Below are positions 38,907 through 48,261 of a stretch of 64,000 nt of DNA, one piece after another. The first letter of the stretch is position 1. Each line of letters begins with the position of its first letter. The DNA is from Candidatus Latescibacterota bacterium (GTDB taxonomy: Bacteria > Latescibacterota > UBA2968 > GCA-2709665). The notes below the pieces were generated by a model. It was not told the DNA's origin, ran no database searches, and saw only the letters and a list, made by a program, of their open reading frames with translations. The stretch spans positions 832,001 to 896,000 of the forward strand of contig OZ244937.1 in NCBI GenBank assembly GCA_965222075.1. Direction: 5' to 3'. A program made the translations under genes and the position numbers.

Positions 38907-40423
38907 CTATATGTAATGCCTAAACGGTAAGGGTGGCAGATCAGGGACAGGTGCAGCAGTAAGAATTTCGCCTACGGCATCAGCAAACTTAAGTGTAACA
39001 GGCTGTCCGTCTGCGAACTGGCAGGTGTTGAAGTTGATCTTGGTTAGGCCCATCACATCCGTCATAACCCTGAGCAGATCGGCATTGCCTCTGTGGATTT
39101 CGATTAGCAGAGGGTTGGGCACCTCCCAACCAGGATAAGTATCGAGTCGAGGTATAAACCCCTTGGTCCAAAGGTATCCTTTCCGTCTTGTTGACAGGTA
39201 TGCAGTGCCACGTAACACGGGCATTTTACTCGATCTATAGAGCTTTAGCTCACTGGTGTGGCGAATACGCACCCCGACTAGGTTGGTCTCGTTTGGGACA
39301 ACGGATTTGAAGCCTTCCCACTCGTCGTCGTTAAATCGCGTTTTGCCGTGGATAAAAAGCTCGGTGGGTGGCTTTCTGTGGAGTTCTCGGTATGCCTCCA
39401 CCACCAGGCTCATCAACTCAGAAGCCTTCTCTTTGCTAAGGTGAAATTCACGCGTATCCTTCGAGTACCAGGGGCCGACTGCACCTCGGAAAACAACGCC
39501 ATCGCCCGAGTCCAAAAACATTTGGGCACCGCAACAGGCGTTGCCGGCGGCCAGGTCGGTATCATCCATCTTGTAAACCAATCCTACATAGCAGACCCCT
39601 GGGCGGACCGACGCCAGTTTCCATGGTTTACCGCTGGCCTTGAAGAAGGCTGTCGTGCAGAGATTCCAAGCGACTGTGGCAGGATCTTCAGGTTCGCGAA
39701 TGAGGCGGCCGTCTTTAATGAATCGATGAGGTGTAAGTGTTGTCTCGCGCACAATCTGAAGGACAGCCCTCAGATCCAGGAGGCGGGCTTTCACCTGATG
39801 GTGGAAATTAAGCTCGTAGCGGTAAATTTCTGCGGCTTTTCGGTCTTCTGGGAAAAGTGAACCTTCGCGGAGAATCCTCCGTCCGCTCTTAAGATTGAGA
39901 AACTGTTTTCCTTTGATACGTTCTTCCTTGGGCACAGATGATTTGGGACGACCGTAGCGGTAAATGTCTTCCGGTATGACAACGAACCACATTGCAGGCG
40001 GTGCCTCGTCTTGGCGTAAATGCTTGCGTATAGGCTCTGCAAAAAGATTGGCAGTCTCGTATATTGTTCGTGTCGGTCCGAGATTCGGATCGAATCACGG
40101 ACGGCATCTTCCGGGACTGTTAGTTCAATAAGAGGCTCTTCTGGCCATCGAGCACCGAAAACTGCCTGGAAACCAGGCCAACCAGCGTGGTGCGGTTTAT
40201 TCGAATCCTTGGGTGGAATATAGCGTCGAATGCTTTCTGCCCATTCACGAAAGCAGTTCAGACCGTCCGGTGTCCCAATGATGCCGATACGCATTTCGGC
40301 AGGGTTGGCTCTGTCGTCCAAGGGGCCGAATAGAAAAAGTCCGTCCTTCGGATGCTCCAATGTTTGGCCGTAGCCGAAGCCCAATCGTGGTTCTTCGATG
40401 TGTTCGAGTAGAGAGTTTGTCAT
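38907..40423 (-). CDS. Short prokaryotic Argonaute (MID-PIWI) of SPARTA, split by a 1-nt frameshift near 40066
   Basis: HPKDGLFLFGP, FHHQVKARLL, QIVRETT, CYVGLVYK, CCGAQMFLDSGDG, FIHGK, LTKINFN, PVTLKFA. Confidence 0.9.
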
Positions 40424-40434
40424 ACCGGCTGTCC

Positions 40435-41856
40435 TTATTGGTCGTCTTCGTCGTCAAATTGGTCTTCAGATTCCGTTTCATCCAGGTCGCTGTCGGGATC
40501 ACCTAGAGCGTCGGCCTCTATTTCGTCTTCTACATGGTCTTCTTCAGCTGTCGAAACTGGGGGATCGTTGGCAATGGACAGGGGGACATCAAAGCTCATC
40601 GGACGGGCGGCTATTGTCGCCGCGGCGTCACCGCCAAGGGATAGGGAGAATTCCTCTTTGCCGTTCGCTAGGGCAGCTACAAAAGCACGAAGCAGGTCGC
40701 GCCAACGATCATTCCACCAATTCTTGCAGAAACTCTTTCGTAGGCGATCAGCGCGAGATTTGCTATCAAGCGGCGTCTTGCCATCTTGGGTGAAGACGAC
40801 GTGAGTGTGCAATGTAAGGTGCTGTGGGTCTGCGATACTCACCTTGCCTGATACAGCAAAGTGCCAATAGACGCCTCTTGTCTCGCTTCGGCCAACCAAC
40901 CGGCGTCGTCGTTTCTTGCCGTTCTCATCTTGAAAGGTGGCAATATTTCCTTCGATTAGATCAAGGGGGATGAACCACGCGCTTCCGTGTGCAAATTCAT
41001 AAAGCAATAGGCCCTGACTCCGTGCGAATTGTTCCCATGCATGGCGGAGAAGTCCGGTTACCATGTTTCGAGCATCTCGCCACGAGATTTGCGGACCGTC
41101 GGTCTTATGACCATTGAGGAATCGTGCCAGTGGAACACGATAAGCGTGATCAAGTGGAATATCGGGAGTCTCCATTTGAAGCGTAGCTGCATCAGCAAAG
41201 CTGACGGCCAGCCGCAGATACGGGGCTGCGGGACTTTGGAATTCATTGAAAGCACGCCCCATGGCTTCCTGTGACGCATTGAAACGGGAGAAATAGATAT
41301 GAGACGGTAGGGAGCTAATTTGGAACCAGTTAGAGAATACTGACTCCGGTGTATCAGAGATGGAGGCGCTTTGCCGCAGCTTAAACTTCTGCCAAGCAGC
41401 CAAAGCTTCTCCAAAATCGCTAGTTGATTGCGGAACTTGGGTGTCTTTGAGAGTCGTCAGAAGCTTGCTGAGTCCGTCCGCCCAGTTGGGTGAGAAGTCG
41501 ATTGCGGTTAGACGGATCAACTGTTCGGGAAAGTCCGAAAACGGAAGGTCATCAAGGCGGACGGGTATGACGAATTGTTGTTTCTTGAGCTTGCGACCTG
41601 TGTTTACAGCAAGGGCAATTTCGTCAAGAACGCCGTCTTTCTGATAAGACGCGCAGGATAAGGCAACAATAACAACGGCGGCTTCTTCTTTAATCGTATC
41701 ACCAATATCTCGCCAGAATGTCTCGCCGCCGAGCAGATTGAGCACATCTGCCCATACTTCATAGCCAGCGGCGGCCAATCGAGTTCCTAACCAAGAAGCA
41801 AACTCGTTGTCCTCGGGATTGGCGTGACTGATGAAGACAAGGCGGCGTTCTTTCAT
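40435..41856 (-). CDS. TIR-APAZ effector of SPARTA
   Basis: TIR VFISHANPEDNEF...GVLDEIALA; APAZ SNWF, YWHFAVS, RKSFCKNWWNDRWRD; directly upstream of short pAgo. Confidence 0.92.
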   Translation of the reverse strand: MKERRLVFISHANPEDNEFASWLGTRLAAAGYEVWADVLNLLGGETFWRDIGDTIKEEAAVVIVALSCASYQKDGVLDEIALAVNTGRKLKKQQFVIPVRLDDLPFSDFPEQLIRLTAIDFSPNWADGLSKLLTTLKDTQVPQSTSDFGEALAAWQKFKLRQSASISDTPESVFSNWFQISSLPSHIYFSRFNASQEAMGRAFNEFQSPAAPYLRLAVSFADAATLQMETPDIPLDHAYRVPLARFLNGHKTDGPQISWRDARNMVTGLLRHAWEQFARSQGLLLYEFAHGSAWFIPLDLIEGNIATFQDENGKKRRRRLVGRSETRGVYWHFAVSGKVSIADPQHLTLHTHVVFTQDGKTPLDSKSRADRLRKSFCKNWWNDRWRDLLRAFVAALANGKEEFSLSLGGDAAATIAARPMSFDVPLSIANDPPVSTAEEDHVEDEIEADALGDPDSDLDETESEDQFDDEDDQ

Positions 41857-42075
41857 ACGGTGCTCCCTTTGAGCATTTTCTTGAGCGAGTCATACCTCTG
41901 CAAAGATGCTATGCCGAGGTCGGTCTCTGTTTAGTCGTCAATAAGTTGGTGGAATTCCGCGGTGTACGAAGCGAAGCTGCGTTGCGAAGAATCCCCGGTA
42001 CCTGATTTTCGGCATTATCGTACAGCCAAAAAAACCCAGATTTCTCTATTGGCTCAGAAAGTCGCATGGTAAATT

Positions 42076-43209
42076 TTACTCAACGAGTGCCTCTCGGTGT
42101 GCCTTGTGAGATTCCTCGTAAAAGGTCATTACGTCCAAATCTGGAATTTCTTCTGGCGCAAAGTACCACTTTGCAATGAGCTTGTCGCCATCCACGGCTC
42201 GCACTTTAAGGTCAAAGACCACCTCTTGGCCTGGGTATGTGAGCGCAAGTTTATCGCGCACTTGCTTCAGATCTGCCGGGAAAGCAGCACCATGTTTGGG
42301 CGCAGTGAGTTTGACATGCACGAAACGCGGCACCTGTTGATTGAAGGTCTTTAGCCCGTGTACAGGCGCGAGGACGTCGAGGTAGTGGCGAATCATTCTG
42401 TCTTTGTAATCGTTGACGACAATCTCGTCTACCAAAGCACGAACGAGCAGGCGCACGAAACGCATCAGATAGTCGATCTGTTTACTGCTCAAGGTCAGGC
42501 TGGTGCTCTGCTCGGAACTTGAGAGGGTCAATGTGTCTTTGGATACAGAGAAGCTGTTTTTATGTACAACCTCATGGCGATACGGCAGCAGTTGACAAAA
42601 GAGCGCCTTGGCATAGGTGTAAAGGTAAGGTTGGCTCTCGAAGAGAGGCGGAAGTTGGAGATGGGATTCTTTCTTCAGCAGCTTCACCTTCTCCTGAAAA
42701 TGCCAGGGGACCTTTGGGATGTTCCCCAATCTGCAATTCTCTTCAAAGATCCACTCGAAGATCATATCCAGCGCTTTGAAGGAAGCAATAAAAGTGAGGG
42801 GCATCATGGCATTCATGAGCGCTGGATCATGGGAAAGGCAATCTTCAAGGTTCATCTGTAAGTTGCCGGGCTCAACACCGCTCGTGATCCTGAGCACTGG
42901 GGAGGGGTCGTTGCCCTGGACCATATCATAACGCTTTTCCAGAAAATCGAGAAACCAGACCTCGTAATCCAGTTTGGTCCGAAGCGCTGTATTTTGGGCG
43001 TCAGCCATTTCCTTAGCTTCCAGTTTTGATCTGGTCTCTTCAAAACGTTTTACGACCTCTGGCGCGTAAAGGCGTTCGCCACAACGGAGACAAACTTCCG
43101 CTTGAATTTTCACGATCTCAGTGTGATTGCCACCTCGTAAAACCTTCTCGAGTTCCCTTTCAACAATCTCGCCACCACACACCGGACATTTGTCAAACGA
43201 TACCATCAC
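42076..43209 (-). CDS. YgiT/MqsA-type zinc finger fused in frame to a putative HEPN-like protein
   Basis: CPVCGG...VCLRCGE then ~310 aa containing YRHEVVH (RxxxxH); possible internal start at 43008. Confidence 0.6.
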   Translation of the reverse strand: MMVSFDKCPVCGGEIVERELEKVLRGGNHTEIVKIQAEVCLRCGERLYAPEVVKRFEETRSKLEAKEMADAQNTALRTKLDYEVWFLDFLEKRYDMVQGNDPSPVLRITSGVEPGNLQMNLEDCLSHDPALMNAMMPLTFIASFKALDMIFEWIFEENCRLGNIPKVPWHFQEKVKLLKKESHLQLPPLFESQPYLYTYAKALFCQLLPYRHEVVHKNSFSVSKDTLTLSSSEQSTSLTLSSKQIDYLMRFVRLLVRALVDEIVVNDYKDRMIRHYLDVLAPVHGLKTFNQQVPRFVHVKLTAPKHGAAFPADLKQVRDKLALTYPGQEVVFDLKVRAVDGDKLIAKWYFAPEEIPDLDVMTFYEESHKAHREALVE

Positions 43210-43520
43210 TATGTCCTCCTCTCACGCCAATTGATCCAACGTGTTGGATCTGGGCGATAAACGGTAATCAAGATTGCCTGTTGATTCTTCTCATTGTAGG
43301 CCCAAACGCTGTGGATTGGCTCGCCATCTACATTTGTTCCATATATCAGGCAACTTGGGTATGGTTGATCTCTTGGATAATCTTCGATAATTTCGCCATT
43401 GCATAAGGAGTAGAGTATTTCTTCAAAATCCAGTCGATCATCCTGGGCTTCTTCATCTGCATGATTGGTGATGTGGTAATTTTGAGACTCTATAGCTCGG
43501 ATGATGTTTCGGATATCCAT
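43209..43520 (-). CDS. DUF4258 domain protein (putative RelE-like toxin)
   Basis: HADEE, GEIIEDYP...PSCLI.G, PIHSVW, LITVYRPD...W. Confidence 0.85.
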   Translation of the reverse strand: MDIRNIIRAIESQNYHITNHADEEAQDDRLDFEEILYSLCNGEIIEDYPRDQPYPSCLIYGTNVDGEPIHSVWAYNEKNQQAILITVYRPDPTRWINWRERRT

Positions 43521-43592
43521 CCATGTGTCTCCATAAGTATTGAAGGCGCTCTCCAGGCACGCGGCAATGTGTCGTCCAGGCCAGGCGGTGCC

Positions 43593-44447
43593 TCAGAAGT
43601 ACCACGCCAGGCTCAACAGCAGGCTGACAGCGGCGGCGTTTACACCCGCCGGGACTCTGACGACTACGTCGTCGAACAGTGTGATCCAGCGTTCAGTGCC
43701 ATACCGGGTGTAACGCGTTTCAGCGCGAAGCACGAGGTGTTCTCCGAGCATCTTGTCCATGCCGATGCCGGCTGTCCAGGCCAGAAATTTCTGGTCGTGG
43801 CTGTCTGTTCCTGAAGTAAAGTCGGGAGTACCGTCGGCGGATGAACACGGAACCGGATCCATGCAGCCGTTGAAGCGAGTTGTGAACCGCACCTCAATGC
43901 GGCGGACGCCTGCGAGTGCGTAGAGGCTTGCGTCCCATGACCGCAGCGCGCCCGGGTTGCCGCCCAGTTTGACTGTGAAGCCGTAGCTTCTGTCTTTTTC
44001 AAACGACCAGGGGTCTGGCCAGCTTTCCCCAAGTTGATTGCGCCCCGTTGACGTCCCCATCCCTTCAAGCTGTCCCTCCACCGTGCCGCCGTGAAATGCG
44101 ATATCAACCTCGCCGCCCAGGTAAAGCCCGCTCTCAGAGAGGGGCAGGCGATAGCCGGCGCGGAGACCGATCCCATACACCGATGTGTTGGCGGAATCCT
44201 CGTCCTGAAACACCCTGCCGCGTCGTGGCTCGGGCACCCGGGTGTCCGGGGCGGTGTTGTCAACGATTTTCTGGAAGGAGGCATCGAGGTATTCCACCGG
44301 GACCGCAATGCCGATATAGAAGCCCCGGCCTTCAGCGAATGCCGCGCCTGTCCGGGCTAAGGTGCCCGGTACGGTCAGGAGTATTGCCACCGTGACAGCG
44401 CCCAACGGGTTGTGTTTCCAGCGTATGGGTTCAGTTGCCCTGTTCAT
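43593..44447 (-). CDS. Outer membrane beta-barrel protein
   Basis: Signal peptide, GFYIG, alternating beta strands, C-terminal WYF. Confidence 0.7.
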   Translation of the reverse strand: MNRATEPIRWKHNPLGAVTVAILLTVPGTLARTGAAFAEGRGFYIGIAVPVEYLDASFQKIVDNTAPDTRVPEPRRGRVFQDEDSANTSVYGIGLRAGYRLPLSESGLYLGGEVDIAFHGGTVEGQLEGMGTSTGRNQLGESWPDPWSFEKDRSYGFTVKLGGNPGALRSWDASLYALAGVRRIEVRFTTRFNGCMDPVPCSSADGTPDFTSGTDSHDQKFLAWTAGIGMDKMLGEHLVLRAETRYTRYGTERWITLFDDVVVRVPAGVNAAAVSLLLSLAWYF

Positions 44448-44472
44448 TATTGCCTCTCCATTCGGTTCTCGT

Positions 44473-46002
44473 TCAGGTCGTATTTTGAAGGCGATCGATG
44501 GTGTGGTGCAGGGGGCGAAGCGTGGGGTAGATCTTCCGGTAGACCTGTTGGTAATGGGTCTCATAGATGTCGATCTGATCGGAAACGGGGTCAATGGGGG
44601 TGCGGGTGTAGCGCAGCTGGCTGAGTGCGGAAGGAAGGTCGGGATAGACGCCGGCGCCCAGTCCGGCCAGGACGGCGGCCCCCAGAGCGGTGGCCTCACC
44701 TGCGTTGGCGATGGCGATGGTCCGGTTCAGGACGGTGGCTTTGATTTGCATGAGGAGCCGGTTGCGGGCGCCTCCGCCGATGGCGCAGATATCGCGCGGC
44801 GTTTCCACGCCGGGGTGGGCGAGGCGGGCCTGGAGGGAGTGGCGGGATTCACAGGCCAGGCCTTCCAGCACGGCCCGGAAGAGGACGCCGCGTTTGACGT
44901 CGGTGCTGAGGCCGATGAAGGCGCCCCGGGATTTGGGATCGACATGCGGGGGGTTGGCCAGACGGAGGTGGGGGAGAAAGCAGACGCCGAGGCTGCCGGG
45001 AGGGACCGCTTCGGCTTCGGCGATGAGGGTCGCATAGTCGGCGCCGTTCCCCAGCGTCTCTCGAAACCATTCGATACAGGCCCCGGAGGTGTACACGCCG
45101 CCCAGGATGTAGTAGCGGCCGGAGACGACGTGGGCGCCTATGGCGTAGCCCTGGCGGCCGATTTCAGGATCGGTGAGCGGATGGGACAGGGGGTTGAAGA
45201 TGGCTTCGGCGGTGCCCAGGGAGTTGAGCATGGTGCCAGGCCGGGTAACGCCGACGGCTAAGGCGCCGCAGACGTGGTCGTGGCCTCCCGTGGACACCTG
45301 GGCGGTTTCCGGAAGGCCCGTTTCCCGTGCCGGACCCTGCCGGACCGGCCCCAGGCGCGTGCCGCTTGGCAGGAGCGGCGCAAAGAGGGCTGGAGAGATT
45401 CCCACTTCTCCAAGCAGGTCATCGGCCCATTGCAGCCGCTGGAGGTCGAGCGCTAAGGTGCGGGAGGCGAGGGAGTGGTCGGTGGCCGGGACGCCGCAGA
45501 GGCGATAGGCGATGTAGTCGGCGGCGTTGAGCCAGGAGCGGGTGCGGGCGAAGGCGTCGGGCCGGTTCTTTTTGACCCAGAGGACTTTGCACAACCCGAA
45601 GATCGGCTGCAGGGGAAGGCCGGTGAGGGCGTAGAGGCGGTCTCTGCCGATTGTGCGTGCGAGCCATTCGACCTGGGGCTGCGTTCGCCGGTCGAACCAG
45701 GCGATGGCGTCACAGGTGGGCCGGCCATGCGCGTCTATGGGAACGCCCGTTTCTCCCATGCTGGCAACGGCGATGCCGGCAATACGACCCGGGTGCTCCA
45801 GCCGGTCAACGGCCTGCCGCAGCGCGGTTACGGTGCTTTGCCACAGTTCCTCCGGCCGGTAGTAGGCCCAGGCGGGCCGGGGATAGTGCGTGGGTGTGCG
45901 CACGCTGGCCTGCGCCACGGTCCGTCCCGTGGGGTCGAAGACGAGGGCCTTGATGCTGGTGGTGCCAAGGTCAACGCCGACCAGAAGCGGCTCACCGGGC
46001 AT
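44473..46002 (-). CDS. FGGY carbohydrate kinase (xylulokinase/fuculokinase-like)
   Basis: GVDLGTTSIK, AWFDRR, GGHDH, SLGTAE, GGGARN. Confidence 0.92.
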   Translation of the reverse strand: MPGEPLLVGVDLGTTSIKALVFDPTGRTVAQASVRTPTHYPRPAWAYYRPEELWQSTVTALRQAVDRLEHPGRIAGIAVASMGETGVPIDAHGRPTCDAIAWFDRRTQPQVEWLARTIGRDRLYALTGLPLQPIFGLCKVLWVKKNRPDAFARTRSWLNAADYIAYRLCGVPATDHSLASRTLALDLQRLQWADDLLGEVGISPALFAPLLPSGTRLGPVRQGPARETGLPETAQVSTGGHDHVCGALAVGVTRPGTMLNSLGTAEAIFNPLSHPLTDPEIGRQGYAIGAHVVSGRYYILGGVYTSGACIEWFRETLGNGADYATLIAEAEAVPPGSLGVCFLPHLRLANPPHVDPKSRGAFIGLSTDVKRGVLFRAVLEGLACESRHSLQARLAHPGVETPRDICAIGGGARNRLLMQIKATVLNRTIAIANAGEATALGAAVLAGLGAGVYPDLPSALSQLRYTRTPIDPVSDQIDIYETHYQQVYRKIYPTLRPLHHTIDRLQNTT

Positions 46003-46101
46003 TTTTTATTTTCCGTCCGAGATCATCGTTCACTCGACCAGCGTACACCATAGACAATGGTTTTTCTTTGCCAGGTGACAAGGGCCGCTATCGGCCTTCT
46101 A

Positions 46102-46401
46102 TCAGACCGTGTGCACCCGAACTTCTTGATCCAGTCTGTCTGCTAAGGTTTCCCGGGTCGTTTCAAGATCATACCGGATTTGTAGATTCATCCAGAATTG
46201 CGCTTCCATCCCAAAAAAGCGTCCCAATCGTAAGGCCGTATCTGCCGTGATGCCCCGCTTTCCGTGTACAATTTCATTGATGCGACGTGGCGGCACACAG
46301 ATTGCCTGAGCCAAATGATATTGACTCATCTGCATAGGCTTCAGAAAATCCTCTAACAGGATCTCACCCGGATGGATTGGCGGAAAATCACGCTTGGTCA
46401 T
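46102..46401 (-). CDS. higA: HigA antitoxin (second module)
   Basis: HPGEIL.EDFL, RRINEIVHGKR, FWMNLQ. Confidence 0.95.
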   Translation of the reverse strand: MTKRDFPPIHPGEILLEDFLKPMQMSQYHLAQAICVPPRRINEIVHGKRGITADTALRLGRFFGMEAQFWMNLQIRYDLETTRETLADRLDQEVRVHTV

Positions 46402-46410
46402 TGTCTCTCC

Positions 46411-46692
46411 TCAGTGGTAATCAACAATCTCGACGTCAAAGGCGTTATCGTCGCGCCACACAAAGCACACACGCCACTGATCGTTCACACGAATGCTATG
46501 CTGCCCCTGTCGATCATGGGTCAACGCTTCGAGCCGGTTGCCAGGCGGTACACGCAGAGTATCAAGGACCGTGGCGGCGTTGAGTTGCTCAAGCTTGCGT
46601 GCAGCTACTCGTTGAATATTCTGCGGCAATTTGAGGGAAAATTGGCCGCGAAAAATTTTCTCGGCTTCCTTGTCCTTAAAGGATTTGATCAT
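46411..46692 (-). CDS. higB: HigB toxin (second module)
   Basis: MIKSFKDKE, LRVPPGNRLEAL, SIRVNDQWRVCF, EIVDYH. Confidence 0.95.
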   Translation of the reverse strand: MIKSFKDKEAEKIFRGQFSLKLPQNIQRVAARKLEQLNAATVLDTLRVPPGNRLEALTHDRQGQHSIRVNDQWRVCFVWRDDNAFDVEIVDYH

Positions 46693-46698
46693 GTACCA

Positions 46699-46736
46699 AA
46701 CATAACGATTCCCGTTAATAACGTCAAGCGTTATTA
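46699..46736 (-). promoter_or_regulatory. higBA2 promoter with two operator palindromes
   Basis: TTGACG-17-TATGTT; TAATAACG-N5-CGTTATTA (46716-46736) and TAACG-N5-CGTTA (46703-46717). Confidence 0.78.
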
Positions 46737-46772
46737 AATAAAAGGCGAGGTGGTTGTTGAAAGGAGGGGCCA

Positions 46773-47033
46773 ATGGCGAGGTATATTCTTTTTCACACGG
46801 TTGCGTGTCTGACCCGGCAGCAGCTGCAGCGGCTTGCCGAGAACCTGGCGGGGGATCCGGAGGTGCGGCTTCTGCGGATGTGCGCCAGTACGCTGGCCGG
46901 GCGGCTGATGGCCGAGTTCGAGGCCCCGGACAGGGAAACGCTGAACGCCTGGCTGTTTGATCGGAATGTGCAGGCCGGTGAGGTTTTCCGGGTTGAACTG
47001 GAGTGGCAAGAGGGGGCGATGCACCGGTATTGA
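46773..47033 (+). CDS. Small hypothetical protein (possible ferredoxin-like fold)
   Basis: AGGAGG RBS; EFEAPDRETL..W pattern. Confidence 0.55.
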   Translation: MARYILFHTVACLTRQQLQRLAENLAGDPEVRLLRMCASTLAGRLMAEFEAPDRETLNAWLFDRNVQAGEVFRVELEWQEGAMHRY

Positions 47034-47117
47034 CAGTATCCGTGAAATTCCATAAGTTTCCGGGAGAATTTTTGGGAATTATGAGATTTGAAGCAAAAGG
47101 CGGGAGAATATCGAGGT

Positions 47118-47675
47118 ATGGGTAATTTCGCAGGTCACAGTGTTCACCTGGAAACAGCACGCCTGAAGCTGCGGCCGTTTGAGGAGGAGGATTTTGATCT
47201 GGCGGTTCCTTTTTACAGCGATCCCGAATTTCTCAATGCAATGGAGGGGGCACCGCCTGACGAACCCGTGACACGTGAGTATCTCAAACGCGCAGGCAAG
47301 GCAATGGCGGAACAGGGATTCCTGTTTGCAGTCGTGGAAAAGGTAAGCGGACGGACCATCGGTGAGGTCTGTTTGCAGTGGATGAATCTGGAACGCGCAA
47401 AAGTTGCGGGTGAGAAGGTGATGCGCTTACCTGTTGGGATCTGGGATAAGTCGTTGTGGGGCAAGGGCTATGGAAAAGAGGTAGCGCGATGTCTGATGGC
47501 GTACGCGTTTGAGGAATTGGGCGTTAATCGGTTCTGCCCGGTGGATGTGTCTGCGGATAATGCACGTTCAATGGCGTTGTGGCAGTCGCTTGGCTTGACT
47601 GTGTCGAGAGAAGTGGACGGGGGAAAGGTGCTGGATTTCGAGATCACGCGATCAGATTATGAGCGGGCGAGGTAA
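47118..47675 (+). CDS. GNAT N-acetyltransferase (RimJ/RimL-like)
   Basis: LETARLKLRPF, WGKGYGKE, N.RS..L.QSLG. Confidence 0.85.
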   Translation: MGNFAGHSVHLETARLKLRPFEEEDFDLAVPFYSDPEFLNAMEGAPPDEPVTREYLKRAGKAMAEQGFLFAVVEKVSGRTIGEVCLQWMNLERAKVAGEKVMRLPVGIWDKSLWGKGYGKEVARCLMAYAFEELGVNRFCPVDVSADNARSMALWQSLGLTVSREVDGGKVLDFEITRSDYERAR

Positions 47676-47731
47676 GGCATCGCTTGAGATAGAAGAGTAA
47701 CCCTTTTGCCCGACACGTTATGGAGGATACA

Positions 47732-48261
47732 ATGGACAAGCTGACAGTTCTGGTAGGGAAGCAAAGGGACGGCTACGTATTCAGGCTCAAGCCATCAAGT
47801 AAGTAGTGATGCAATAGTTTTTGTAAAAAACGGATAGTACTGGCCCTATGCTGAAGATTATTACATCTATAGCACAGTATTTACAAAGAGTTAAGGCGAT
47901 TTTTCGTAGGGAATTCTACTCCTGTAATCCAGTGAGAGAGTTCACAATTACTTCTGCTTGACTACTTAAGAGAGAGTTAGAGCAGGAGGGAGATTCCCGG
48001 GATACCGTATCAAGTGTTTTTATCTCCTATGACACAAAGCACGATTTCGAGCAAATCCAGGGACGGATTTGGGATCACGTGATCACATTACTTACTGGCA
48101 GGTCTTTCGAGAATTTGAATCAATCTGGCGGATTTGCCGTTGTAGACCCGGTTACGAACAAGACACTGTACGATTCGGTTGGGCAAAAGGAAGTGGCAAG
48201 GAGGCCGAGGCATGAGCGTCAACTACCAATTGTTGTTGGAGAAGGCGGCGCGGCTTTATGA
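47732..48261 (+). pseudogene. Hypothetical gene interrupted by a MITE
   Basis: Removing 47802-47968 restores an open frame MDKLTVLVGKQRDGYVFRLKPSSK-RELEQEG...; GGAGG RBS. Confidence 0.75.
47802..47966. mobile_element. 165 bp MITE with TA target duplication (IS630/Tc1-mariner-like)
   Basis: IRs AGTAGTGATGCAATAGTTTTTGTAAA vs revcomp AGTAGTCAAGCAGAAGTAATTGTGAA; TA on both sides; AT-rich. Confidence 0.8.

Noticed and set aside
41857-42075. Integron attC site between HEPN-like gene and SPARTA
   Set aside because: No RYYYAAC...GTTRRRY bounded palindrome recognisable.
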